The notes under the pieces are model-generated. The model did not search any database. It was not told the origin of the DNA and saw nothing but the letters and a program-made list of their open reading frames with translations. The position numbers were made by a program, and so were the translations under genes. Shown in pieces: positions 39,510 to 48,658 of a DNA stretch of 64,000 bases. This stretch comes from Planctomycetota bacterium (GTDB lineage Bacteria; Planctomycetota; UBA11346). Every line of letters starts with the position of its first letter. Positions within the stretch are counted from its first letter, which is position 1. The stretch spans positions 25,716 through 89,715 of the forward strand of contig PLEW01000056.1 in assembly GCA_003136555.1 (NCBI GenBank). The letters are read 5' to 3'.

Positions 39510-40445
39510 TCACTTGCCGATGCCCATCGCCACGCCGGCGGCCATGGTGAGCGCGATCCCCAGCCCATTGACCGGGGTCAGCGCCTCGCCGAGTAGCAGC
39601 CAGCCGAGCAGCACGGTGCCGAGGGGTCCGATGGTGCTGATGATGGCAAAGCGTTGCGCGCCGACACGCTTCAGGCCATCGCCCATCAGCAGCGCAGGCG
39701 CCACCGTGCAGAGCAGCGCCAGGGCCGCACCATAGGCATAGACCACGGGCGGCAGGCAAAACAGCGGCGATCCGCCCTGGATGAGGGCGGCAATCGCCGC
39801 ATGCAGGAGCATCGCCAGGCAGGCGCCGACCATGGCTACGGACATGAAGGCGCGCGCGCCCAGCCGGGCGATCATCGTGCTGCTGCCCAGGACGAAGAGG
39901 GCGTAGGTGACGGCACTGCCAGCGACCAAGGCGCACCCGAGCGCGCGCTGGGCGCCATCATGGCTGCGCCCGGCATAGGTCAGGCCAATGCCCGCATAGG
40001 TCGCCACCAGCGCACCAGCTACCAGCGGGCTGATACGCTGTCGGCCGGCGATTGCGCCCACGAGGACCACGATCGTCGGGTAGATGTAGAGCACCATGCG
40101 CTCGAGGCCGACGCCGATGAAGCGCAGGCCTTCGAAATCGAGATAGCTGGCGAGATAATAGCCCAGTATCCCGAGACCCAGGCAGCGGCTGAGGTCTCCA
40201 GCCGGGAGGGTGTGCGCTCTGCGGCGCTGCTCGAACCAGGCGATGATGGCAAACAACGGCAGCGATATGCCCATGCGCAGGGTCAGCAGGGTCAGCGCAT
40301 CGACGCCATACGGATAGACGCATTTGACCAGCACCGCTTTAACGGAGAACAGCAGCGCACTCCCGGCAACCAGCATCGCGCCGAGCAGCAGGTACAGGCG
40401 CTGACCAGGGATCAGGCCCGGATCGGGAGGTGCTGAGTGGGTCAT
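39510..40445 (-). CDS. DMT-superfamily (EamA-type) transporter
   Basis: Ten hydrophobic segments in two EamA-like halves. The start is trimmed to ATG 40445. Confidence 0.8.
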   Translation of the reverse strand: MTHSAPPDPGLIPGQRLYLLLGAMLVAGSALLFSVKAVLVKCVYPYGVDALTLLTLRMGISLPLFAIIAWFEQRRRAHTLPAGDLSRCLGLGILGYYLASYLDFEGLRFIGVGLERMVLYIYPTIVVLVGAIAGRQRISPLVAGALVATYAGIGLTYAGRSHDGAQRALGCALVAGSAVTYALFVLGSSTMIARLGARAFMSVAMVGACLAMLLHAAIAALIQGGSPLFCLPPVVYAYGAALALLCTVAPALLMGDGLKRVGAQRFAIISTIGPLGTVLLGWLLLGEALTPVNGLGIALTMAAGVAMGIGK

Positions 40446-40675
40446 ATGGTGCCCTTTCGGCGTCTGGGAAGCACCCAGGCGCCCGGTGGACACCCGGGCT
40501 ACATGCAGCGGCCCGCTCGAGTGAGCGGGCCGCAGGTGATGTCTGGACAATCAGCCGGCGCCGCTCATGGATCACGCGTCTTAATCGGGGCACGCCAGCG
40601 GCGGTCGCAGCAGGCGCCCGTCTGGGTGTCGACGGTGAGAGCGGTCATGGTGAACATGGTGAAAACGCTAAACGG

Positions 40676-42790
40676 TCAGCGATGGCGCGCAAGCGGTGGT
40701 CGACCATCCTGCTGAGCAGAGCGAGACGGCGCGGTCAGGCGGCGGGACATGGCGCTGAGCATCACCAGCACCAGCCCTGTGAGCGCGCCCAGGCCACAGC
40801 TGTGACCGCTTCCGGATGCGCTCGAGGAGGGCGTAGCCGTGCCGCCGGGCGGAAGCGCGCTGGTGGTCAGGCTCGCATCGCCCGAGAGCCCGATCAGACC
40901 CACCGGATCGGCGGCGCTGATCTGGAAGTGGTAGGTCGTGCTCGGGCTCAGGCCGGTGAGGGTGACGGTTTGGCTCGTGGCATAGGTGCTGACCAGCGTA
41001 CTGCGTGTCCCGTAGGCGGTGGTCAATCCATAGGCGACCTGGCCGTTCGCCGGTTTATCGGTGGTCCAACTGATCGTCGCCGCGGTCGCGCTCACTGCGC
41101 TCACCGTCACGTTGCTGATCACTGGCGGCGTGATGTCGGCGGTGATGACGAAGGGCAGGGACGTCGACGTGCCGCCGCCGGGTGCGGGCGAATAGACGGC
41201 AACCGACGGCATCCCGATGGCCAGCAGGTAGGCGGCGGGCACCGTGACGGTGAGCTGGGTCGCGCTGGCGGTGATGGCCGGCAGGTTGGCCTGGCCGCTC
41301 CACACCACCTGGGAGGCTGGGACGATGCCGGTGCCGGTCAGGGTCAGGGTGAGGTCGCCGCTATCCTGGGCGGCGGTGGTCGGACTGATGAGACTGAGGG
41401 TGGGTGACGGATTGGCGCCCACCTGCACCGTCACATCGATGGAGGAATAGGCAGGCGTATGGATGCCATCGCTGGCTTCCAGCATCAGGATGTAGGTGCC
41501 CACGGCGCTGAAGCTCGCCGTGGTGTTCGCCGAGGATGGGGCGGTGAAGATCACCGTGCCGGGAGGTGCGGGTGTGGGGTAGACGTACCACTGAATGGTC
41601 AGTCCGGTGCCGGTCACATTTCCCGTCAGCGCAGCACCACTGGCGAGGGTCACCGTCTGGTTCGGTCCGGCATCGGCGGTGGGGGCGCCGGGGGAACGCG
41701 GTCCACCGGTCGGCCCGGTGCTCTGGACGACCTCGAAGTTCGAGATGTCCAGGAAGTCGGCAGTCGCGCCGGTGCTCAGGTGGTCGAAGCAACCGGCCGG
41801 CCAGCGGTCATCGGGGCAGATCGAGATCGAGAAGAAGGAGCCGTTATCCGCCACCAGGCCGCCATACTTCTGCAGGCCCTTGGCGATGGCGGTCTCCTCC
41901 ATGGTCCAGGAGGCGGGGATGACGAAGGACGATTTGAGGCGCAGGCGCTGGCCCATCGCCGGCTCGGTGGTGCTGGTCGTCGACCCGGCGGAATGCGTCG
42001 CTGGATAGAGGTACGCCTGCTGCGACTTCGCTACGACGATGCGCATGGCATGCTCGACCATGCCGCGTTCGGCCTCGTCGTAGCGCACCAGGGCCGGGAA
42101 CATCGACAGCCCTGCGGCATCGCCCGAGGTCCAGCCTGCCGGCCGCAAGGCATCGCTGTTGAGGTTGAAGATCGCGCCATTGGAGGCCTGCCAGGCCGGG
42201 GTGCTGCTGGTCAGCAGCGCCTGCCAGGTCTCGAAGGTCTGGCCGATGCCGGGCTGGACCACGATCGAGTGGCGATCGCCCCCGGTCTGGTCGACATCCT
42301 CCTGGTACTGCAGCAGTGTCAGCGTTCCGGTCTGCGAAGGCCACCCTTCGATGGGCATGGTCGAGGGGATGGGCCAGGTGCCGATCGGACTGGTGCCGCC
42401 GTTGTAGTCGGATTCGTCCGGGTAGAGGTTGAAGAGGATGTCGATGTTCGGCTGGCTGTCCGGGACCAGGATGTAGTTCATCTCCTGGAAGGCCACCAGG
42501 CGTTGCCGATTCGCGACGCTGACATCGCTGCGGATCTGCGCGATCATGGCATTGGAGAGCGTCGGGTCGGCGGTCCCCCCCAGCAGCGGCAGGAGCGAGA
42601 CATTCTCGTTCCAGGCATTGTCGAGCGGGAAGATCTGCATCGCCGACACGATCGCGTCGGCGGCGGAGGTATTGAATTCGGTGGGCGTGGTCACGGTGGG
42701 CAGGGGCCCGAGGATGCGCCCATCCTGGTTGATGCGATCGGCAGCCGTGATGATGGCGGGCAGCAGGATCAAGACGAGCAGGTAGCGCAT
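40676..42790 (-). CDS. Secreted multidomain protein: unknown enzyme-like N-domain + Ig-like/TIG + FN3 + C-terminal sorting-signal-like anchor
   Basis: The start is taken at ATG 42790 (MRYLLVLILLPAIITA). The N-domain is paralogous to 42802..43818 (LRPAGWTSGDAAGL, ATHSAGS, YGGLVADNGS). The FN3 segment is ISWTTDKPANGQVAYG...LSPSTTYHFQI. The tail is GHSCGLGALTGLVLVMLSAMSRR. Confidence 0.6.
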   Translation of the reverse strand: MRYLLVLILLPAIITAADRINQDGRILGPLPTVTTPTEFNTSAADAIVSAMQIFPLDNAWNENVSLLPLLGGTADPTLSNAMIAQIRSDVSVANRQRLVAFQEMNYILVPDSQPNIDILFNLYPDESDYNGGTSPIGTWPIPSTMPIEGWPSQTGTLTLLQYQEDVDQTGGDRHSIVVQPGIGQTFETWQALLTSSTPAWQASNGAIFNLNSDALRPAGWTSGDAAGLSMFPALVRYDEAERGMVEHAMRIVVAKSQQAYLYPATHSAGSTTSTTEPAMGQRLRLKSSFVIPASWTMEETAIAKGLQKYGGLVADNGSFFSISICPDDRWPAGCFDHLSTGATADFLDISNFEVVQSTGPTGGPRSPGAPTADAGPNQTVTLASGAALTGNVTGTGLTIQWYVYPTPAPPGTVIFTAPSSANTTASFSAVGTYILMLEASDGIHTPAYSSIDVTVQVGANPSPTLSLISPTTAAQDSGDLTLTLTGTGIVPASQVVWSGQANLPAITASATQLTVTVPAAYLLAIGMPSVAVYSPAPGGGTSTSLPFVITADITPPVISNVTVSAVSATAATISWTTDKPANGQVAYGLTTAYGTRSTLVSTYATSQTVTLTGLSPSTTYHFQISAADPVGLIGLSGDASLTTSALPPGGTATPSSSASGSGHSCGLGALTGLVLVMLSAMSRRLTAPSRSAQQDGRPPLARHR

Positions 42791-42801
42791 GGGTGCTTCT
42801 C

Positions 42802-43818
42802 TCATGGCTGGACCGCACGCTGCGGGGCATTGCTGGCTGGAGTCGGCAGGACGACCTCGAAATCGCGTCCATGGAGCTGGCCGAGCGCCTCCAAGCCATG
42901 GATGCGGCTGTCGGGCGCGACGGAGATGCGCCAATCGCTGCCGTTGTCGGCGACCAGCATGCCGTAGGTCTTGAGGGCCTGGGCGATGGCGCGGGCATGC
43001 GGGGGGAAGCCATCGATGCGCACGTCAGCCTTGAGGCGGAATCGTTCACCCATGCGTGGCACGGTGGGGTCGTCGGTACTGCCCGCGCTATGCGTGGCCG
43101 GAGGGACGTAGGCCTTGCGCGAGCGGGCGATGGTGAAGCGCAGTGCATGGTCTATCAGACCGTGCTCGCACTCCTCGAAACGCACGGTGAGCGGCAGGAT
43201 GGGCAGTCCGGCGGCATCGGATGAGGTCCAGCCGGCCGGCCGCAGCCGGTTGGAGGTGAGATCGAAGGTGGCTTCCCCCGCTGCCGTCCATCCGCGCTCG
43301 GTGCGGCGGGCATGGTAGAACTCATACAGCCGACCGGCGATGGGATCCAGCACGATCATATGCCGGTCGCCATCCCCATCACGCTGAATGTGCTCGAGCG
43401 AGCCGCCGCTCAGCGGCCAGCCTTCGATCGGTGCCGCATCCGGGACCGGATAGGGACCGGGATCCGACTCGGAGGCATAGTCGCCAAGGGCGACCGCGAC
43501 CTTGGGCTGGGAGGGCGGGACGATGACGAAGCCCATGTCCTGATTGCACGCCAGATGCCCATTGGCGCCGACATGGGCGATCAGCGCGTCCGAATCGGGG
43601 TGCCGCGGGCGCTTGCTGATGTCCTGATGCCAGGGGCTGTCCACCGGGCCGAGGCGCATGGTGGCGAGCAGCCGATCGGCGGCGGGCGTATTGAAGAGCA
43701 CCACCGCGGTCAGTGTCGGATGGCCTGGACCCGCATCGGCGGCCGCGGCTTTCGCTGGTGCGGCGAGGCAGGCGATGACGGCACACAGCACCGGCAGGAC
43801 GTGCGCAGGTCGCTTCAT
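42802..43818 (-). CDS. Secreted protein of unknown function (stand-alone copy of the N-domain of 40676..42790)
   Basis: Signal peptide MKRPAHVLPVLCAVIACLAAPAKA. Conserved blocks are DRHMIVLD, LRPAGWTSSDAAGLPI, ALRFT, ATHSAGS, PRMGERFRLK and YGMLVADNGS. Confidence 0.6.
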   Translation of the reverse strand: MKRPAHVLPVLCAVIACLAAPAKAAAADAGPGHPTLTAVVLFNTPAADRLLATMRLGPVDSPWHQDISKRPRHPDSDALIAHVGANGHLACNQDMGFVIVPPSQPKVAVALGDYASESDPGPYPVPDAAPIEGWPLSGGSLEHIQRDGDGDRHMIVLDPIAGRLYEFYHARRTERGWTAAGEATFDLTSNRLRPAGWTSSDAAGLPILPLTVRFEECEHGLIDHALRFTIARSRKAYVPPATHSAGSTDDPTVPRMGERFRLKADVRIDGFPPHARAIAQALKTYGMLVADNGSDWRISVAPDSRIHGLEALGQLHGRDFEVVLPTPASNAPQRAVQP

Positions 43819-45218
43819 GGCGCCCCTTGGATGCGGGCCTGCCCGATCTCCAGCGCCCCCGTCATGACGTAGAATGCCAGCGGACCCGGCCGGGCCGGCT
43901 TGCCCGCGCCCGGCTCAGCCTGCAGTGCGACGCCATCGGCTTGGCAACGCAGATCGCCCCCCCGCTGCTCCAGCCGTACATCGACCCACTCCTGCTGATT
44001 GGCAGGGATGGTGAAGAACCAGTTGTAATCGCCCACCTGGACCTCCGCATGCGTAGTGCCGAGGATGCGCAGGCGGCAGGTGAGGATGAGGTCGGTGAAC
44101 GCCCGCTGACTGATCAGCCGCGACGGTCCATCGCTGCTGCGGCTGCGGACGATGCCGTCCACCAGGCTCCAGGAGCCGTGCTGCTGCGTCCATCCCTCCA
44201 GTCCGTCGGTCGGGAATACGGGCTGACCGGCACTCTCAGCCGGAGGTGTCGCCGGTGCTGGGGCGTGCTGGGGGCGCGCGGCGAACGGGGTATCGGCTGC
44301 GACATCCGCTGTCTCCCCCGCCTGCACGGCGATGGTCTGGCCGTCCAGCGAGCGGGTCAGGCGGACGGTACCATGCTGCAGCTCCAGGCGGGTGCGTTCG
44401 TTGGTGGCGGCTAGGAGGAAGTGCGTGCCCACCACCTCGACCCGGGCCTGGGGAGTCGACAACAAGAACGGTCGTCCGGCTGGCTGGGGTGTGACCTCGG
44501 CCTCGACCGCCCCGGCGACCAGATGCACCCGTTTGCCCGGGGCGCTCGGGTCGATGCCGAGGCGTGAGCCGGCTGACAGGATCAGCCCTGTCCCGTCATC
44601 GTAGCGGAGGGTGATGGGGCTCGACGCATGCACCAGGTCGCCGGCTTGGAGCGTGGCGGCTTGTCGTGCCGGCAGGAGAGCGCCAGCGCGCTCGATGACG
44701 GACCCGGGCGCAGCAGCGACTACCTGGCAGATGAGGATCTGCTCGCGCTTGTGGTCCAGAGCCAGCCACCAGTAAGCACCGGTGGCAAGCACCAGCAGGG
44801 CCGCTGCGGCCAGGGGCATGATGGAGGGATGCTGACGTCGGCGGTGCTGCCGGGCCGGCAGCAAGCGCTGAACGCGTCTCGCAAATGCCCCACGGTCGCT
44901 GGTGGCATCGAGACGTTCCAGGACCGCTCGCGCCACCGCGGTCGCATCCGCCGTATCCAGGGCCTGACCGATGAGTCCGGCAAAGCCGACACGCTCGCGG
45001 ATGGCCGTCGCATCATGCCCACCCGCACGCAGCAAGCTCACCAGGCGATCGGCATCAGCAGCGCTGAGCGATCCGTCGAGATAGGCCTCGATGGCGAGAT
45101 CGCGCTGGCGGCGTCCGCTCGCCTCGGCGTGGCTGCCAGTGCTGTCCCCCGCCAGAGGCGGCACGGGCAGCACGGGTTCGGCGCCATCCGGCGCACGGCA
45201 TGGGTCGCTGCTGGTCAT
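43815..45218 (-). CDS. Anti-sigma factor: cytoplasmic anti-sigma region, TM, FecR domain, C-terminal DUF1080-like (LamG-fold) domain
   Basis: ATGA start/stop overlap with the sigma gene at 45215..45218. TM segment IMPLAAAALLVLATGAYWWLAL. FecR-like region LQAGDLVHASSPITLRYDDGTGLILSAGSRL. The C-terminus FPTDGLEGWTQQHGSWSLVDGIV resembles DUF1080. Confidence 0.7.
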   Translation of the reverse strand: MTSSDPCRAPDGAEPVLPVPPLAGDSTGSHAEASGRRQRDLAIEAYLDGSLSAADADRLVSLLRAGGHDATAIRERVGFAGLIGQALDTADATAVARAVLERLDATSDRGAFARRVQRLLPARQHRRRQHPSIMPLAAAALLVLATGAYWWLALDHKREQILICQVVAAAPGSVIERAGALLPARQAATLQAGDLVHASSPITLRYDDGTGLILSAGSRLGIDPSAPGKRVHLVAGAVEAEVTPQPAGRPFLLSTPQARVEVVGTHFLLAATNERTRLELQHGTVRLTRSLDGQTIAVQAGETADVAADTPFAARPQHAPAPATPPAESAGQPVFPTDGLEGWTQQHGSWSLVDGIVRSRSSDGPSRLISQRAFTDLILTCRLRILGTTHAEVQVGDYNWFFTIPANQQEWVDVRLEQRGGDLRCQADGVALQAEPGAGKPARPGPLAFYVMTGALEIGQARIQGAP

Positions 45219-45766
45219 GGAGCCACACGCAGGCGTCCGTCGACGCATTTCATCAGGGCAGCCTTCAGCCGCAGCAGGATCATCGAGATGCTGTTGGGAT
45301 GCTTGCCGAGACGGTCGGCGATATCCTGGACCGGCTGGTCATCCTGGTAGCGCCAGCTCAGCACCTGCCGCTGCGCCTCATCAAGGCTCCCCAGGCAGGT
45401 TCGCAGTGCGTTCAGGCGCTCCTCGCTCGCGGTCTCGTCTGGCGGTCCTGGATCCGCGAGCAGGGCGGCGTCGACCAGTGCCAGTTCGCGACGGCGCTGT
45501 GGCAGGCGGTCGCGTAGGAATTTGTAGGAGCGATTGCGGCAGATGGTCCGCAGCCAGGGTCCGAAGGCACGGCTGGGGTCGAAGCCGGGCAGCCCGCGCC
45601 AGGCATCGATGAACGCCTCCTGGACGATGTCATGGACATCATCACGTCCTGGGACGAGCAAGGCGGCCAGGGCACGCAGCCGGGCCTGATGGAGGACGAC
45701 CAGCTGGGTGAAGGCCTCGCGATCGCCCGCCATGGCACGCGGTATCAGGATCTCCTCCTCACCCAT
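45215..45766 (-). CDS. ECF-type RNA polymerase sigma factor
   Basis: Sigma-70 regions 2 and 4: DIVQEAFIDAWRGLPGFD...FGPWLRTICRNR; QRQVLSWRYQDDQPVQDIADRLGKHPNSISMILLRLK. AGGAGG lies 4 nt upstream of the ATG. Confidence 0.85.
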   Translation of the reverse strand: MGEEEILIPRAMAGDREAFTQLVVLHQARLRALAALLVPGRDDVHDIVQEAFIDAWRGLPGFDPSRAFGPWLRTICRNRSYKFLRDRLPQRRRELALVDAALLADPGPPDETASEERLNALRTCLGSLDEAQRQVLSWRYQDDQPVQDIADRLGKHPNSISMILLRLKAALMKCVDGRLRVAP

Positions 45767-46079
45767 GATGCCTCCTGGTGGAGCCTATCCGGGGCCAGTG
45801 CCAATCTCACTGGCAATCCGTCCGCGCTCCGCTGGGCGATGCACGGAGTTGCCGCCCGCGTCGGCGGGTAGGCGCGGCACGCTCATGCCTCCCACTCGGC
45901 TGGTGGCGATATCGGCGCTATCTGCCCAACGGACTGCACGTCAACGGCTTATCGTCGGCACCACGACATTTTGAGATGCCATGTGGGAGCATCCATGCAT
46001 CCATGGATGAGTGTGGATCGCCAGACAGCAGACGAGGACTGCTGCGAAGGTTTCGAGACGGCAGGCACCGCTGGCGGGC

Positions 46080-46781
46080 TCAGCCGATGGTCAACGGTTT
46101 GCCAGTTGCCATCTGCCAGCGGAACCCGCTGGCGATGGCGGTGACGAGCACGGAGGTGAGCAGGTGGAGGGAAGCCGGCAGATGGCCTCGGCGCACATCC
46201 AGGAGCAGGGCCACGCGCAGGTGTGAGGTCCTGTTCCAGACCTCATGGGGAAAGGTGTCATCCCACAGCAGCATGTCGCCATCGGCGAGGCGATGATCGA
46301 CACCATCGATGCGCAGGATGGCGCCTGGCCGTCCATGGTCATCCACGGCGACGCTCAGGCCGAGGTGGAAGCGGATGATGCCGCGGAAGGGACCGCGGTG
46401 CTCAGGGATGTGCTTGCCTGGTGCCAGGAAGGAGAAGGCGGCGGAGAGGATGGACGGGTCCTCGGCCAGCAGCTGGGCAAGGACCGGGCAGCGGCGCAGA
46501 TGGCTGGCAATGGGGATGCCGTAGGCCTTGAGGACATACATCCGCCAATCGCGATCATCGGCAGCCGCGATCGAGGCCTGGTTGGGCAGCAGCTCATGGA
46601 AGCGGGGCACCTCCAGCAGGTGCTCGCCGATCGCCTCGGCCTCGCGGCGCAGATCCAGCCAGCGGGATTGCAACGCCGTGGCGCCGGGGAAGAACGTGGG
46701 CGTATCGAGGAGTGCAGGAGTCGCGATGCCGCGGGCATAGAGGTGCCGCACGCTATCGGCCAGGCGATCGTAGAGCGTCAT
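46080..46781 (-). CDS. Aspartyl/asparaginyl beta-hydroxylase-family (LpxO-like) oxygenase
   Basis: Motif: PGKHIPEHRGPFRGIIRFHLGLSV...DGDMLLWDDTFPHEVWN..RVALLLD. The start is trimmed to ATG 46781. Confidence 0.75.
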   Translation of the reverse strand: MTLYDRLADSVRHLYARGIATPALLDTPTFFPGATALQSRWLDLRREAEAIGEHLLEVPRFHELLPNQASIAAADDRDWRMYVLKAYGIPIASHLRRCPVLAQLLAEDPSILSAAFSFLAPGKHIPEHRGPFRGIIRFHLGLSVAVDDHGRPGAILRIDGVDHRLADGDMLLWDDTFPHEVWNRTSHLRVALLLDVRRGHLPASLHLLTSVLVTAIASGFRWQMATGKPLTIG

Positions 46782-46989
46782 GGGATCGAGATCTTCGGCG
46801 CACGAGGTCGAGGAGGTCCAGGCGGGAAGCATGCTGGCCGGTGCCGTCCCACCGGGGTCTGTGCACAGGTACCTCTACCGAGTTAGTAACCGTTCGCTAG
46901 TGATTGTGCAGCCGGCGCTCATCACGGGTGAGGTCGGTAGTAGTTGTGAACACCGCGTCGACAGGCGTACCGATCGGTCTGCAAGGTAG

Positions 46990-47394
46990 CTAGGGTACGT
47001 CCAGGCCGAGGGTCTTGCGCGCAGTGGCGATGCCGCCCAGGTTCTCAACGTTGGCATAGCCCTTGTCCTTCAGCGTCGCGAGTGCTAGCGCCGCGCGACC
47101 GCCACTACGGCAATAGAGGCCGATGTGCGCTGTCTTATCGCTCGTGATCTCGGCGATGTGCACGGCGATCTGATCGTAGGGGATGTGCACTGCACCCTCG
47201 ATGTGCCCGCTATCCCACTCCTCCTGCGAGCGCACATCGATGACATAGCGGCCGGCAATCTGGATGACGCTGGGAGCTGGTGCCACGTCATCGGCCGCCT
47301 GAAGAGCCATGCCGCTCAGCAGCAGGACGACGATGACAACTATTGGCATGATGGATTGCGAGTGTTTGCGCTTCAGGCGCGTGGCAATCGGCAT
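46990..47394 (-). CDS. Periplasmic single-domain rhodanese (sulfurtransferase)
   Basis: Signal peptide, then IDVRSQEEWDSGHIEGAVHIP and the active-site loop LYCRSGGRA. It starts 29 nt after the C1 stop and is probably co-transcribed. Confidence 0.85.
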   Translation of the reverse strand: MPIATRLKRKHSQSIMPIVVIVVLLLSGMALQAADDVAPAPSVIQIAGRYVIDVRSQEEWDSGHIEGAVHIPYDQIAVHIAEITSDKTAHIGLYCRSGGRAALALATLKDKGYANVENLGGIATARKTLGLDVP

Positions 47395-47423
47395 TCGGCC
47401 TTAGCGACCACTCGCAGCGGAGG

Positions 47424-48650
47424 TCAGTAATAGGTTGGCTGTGTCACCAGGCGCTCGACCCAACGAATGGTGCCGACCGGGTTTTTGGTCCAGGTCTGGG
47501 TGCGATTCCCGACGCTCCAGGTGTGGCTGGCGTTGGCTGGCCACATCAGGTTATGCTCAACGCCGACGTCACCATGCTGAAGGTTGTGATAGGTCTGCTC
47601 CATGACCGACGGGGACCATTCGATGCGATACCAGATACGCAGTTCATTTGCCGCCAGGGAATTGAAGAAGCCGGGATCGTTGTTGAACATGGCGGCGGCA
47701 CTTGGACCGCCGACGCTGGCTGCTTCGGCATAGCTCGTATAGCCCATCGTCGCTCCGGAACCGCAGGTGATGACGAAGGTCGCAGGGCCATCGCGGTAGA
47801 CGCGGAACCATGATTTCCCCGTCGTCTGCTGGCGTGGCGTCGGATCACCATGGACGAAATCGGTGAGTGTCGCGCCATTCTGCCCATCATCGTAGAGCGC
47901 GCCCGTGACCGTCCCGGAAGTGGCTTGCTGAGGCCAACCATTGCTGACCACGGGCATCGGATCCGGATATTGGATATAGGGCAGGCCGAAGAGCGCATTG
48001 CCAGGAGTCGTATTGATGGGATTGTAGACGGCAGTGAGCTGGGTGGCATAGGGCGGGCGCTGCATGACGTACATCGGGCAGATCGCGACACTGCCAATGG
48101 CTGGCCAAGCGGGGCGATTCCAGCCGCTCCCATTGCTCTCCACCAGGGCGGTGCTCCAGACGGCATAGGTGCTATAGGGGAGCGTGGCTGGAGAAGGTGC
48201 ACGCACGTTCGGTCCGATCGAGCCATCGCGCACGTCGATCCAGCCATAGGTCTCCTGATGCGCCGGCATCGTGGCTGGACTCGGGGAGGATAGGATGGTG
48301 CCTGAGAGCGAGAGGACACCTGATCCGTTCGGCAGTGTCTGGGGAGGCGGTATGATCGCACTCGGGTGGGCTGGAGCGCCTTGATAGTAGGGGAAGTTGG
48401 CATCCCAACCCAGGCGCGAGGTCTCCTGCACATAATTGCACGCAGCGGCAAGCATAATTTTGGCCTGCGCCAATTGCATGACGACCTGGGTCTCCTCGGA
48501 GTCCGAGCGCATGCGAGCCAGGAACACCAGGCTCATGCTGGCAAGCAGTGCAGACAGCCCCGCGACGATTATCAGGATGGTCCCGCGCTGATGGCGCGAC
48601 CTGCGAGGAACAGACGGAGCGATGGTAATCACCTGCATGGTAGCATTCAC
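47424..48650 (-). CDS. Giant GspK/PilX-like pseudopilin-type protein C1 (pilin-type N-helix without Glu+5)
   Basis: GTG start. N-terminus ...RRSRHQRG|TILIIVAGLSALLASMSLVFLARM. The ~370-aa Trp/Tyr/Pro/Asn-rich body has no domain I recognise. By eye it is roughly 70% identical to 54108..55343. Confidence 0.6.
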   Translation of the reverse strand: MNATMQVITIAPSVPRRSRHQRGTILIIVAGLSALLASMSLVFLARMRSDSEETQVVMQLAQAKIMLAAACNYVQETSRLGWDANFPYYQGAPAHPSAIIPPPQTLPNGSGVLSLSGTILSSPSPATMPAHQETYGWIDVRDGSIGPNVRAPSPATLPYSTYAVWSTALVESNGSGWNRPAWPAIGSVAICPMYVMQRPPYATQLTAVYNPINTTPGNALFGLPYIQYPDPMPVVSNGWPQQATSGTVTGALYDDGQNGATLTDFVHGDPTPRQQTTGKSWFRVYRDGPATFVITCGSGATMGYTSYAEAASVGGPSAAAMFNNDPGFFNSLAANELRIWYRIEWSPSVMEQTYHNLQHGDVGVEHNLMWPANASHTWSVGNRTQTWTKNPVGTIRWVERLVTQPTYY

Positions 48651-48658
48651 GATTTCAT

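Noticed and set aside
38125-39936. 603-aa minus-strand ORF spanning the hypothetical gene and part of the DMT transporter gene.
   Set aside because: It is Arg/Gly/Pro-rich junk that crosses two better-supported genes on different strands.
41459-43148. 502-aa (+) and 434-aa (-) ORFs overlapping the secreted paralog genes.
   Set aside because: They are off-frame or antisense shadows. The chosen frames are supported by signal peptides, paralogy between the two genes, and an FN3 domain.
45989-46008. Tandem GCATCCAT repeat overlapping the 10-bp palindrome ATCCATGGAT, ~230 nt upstream of the ECF sigma gene. I considered it as an autoregulatory ECF promoter or operator.
   Set aside because: It does not resemble the GGAAC-N16-CGT type of ECF promoter and is far from the start codon. 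It is too short to distinguish from chance.
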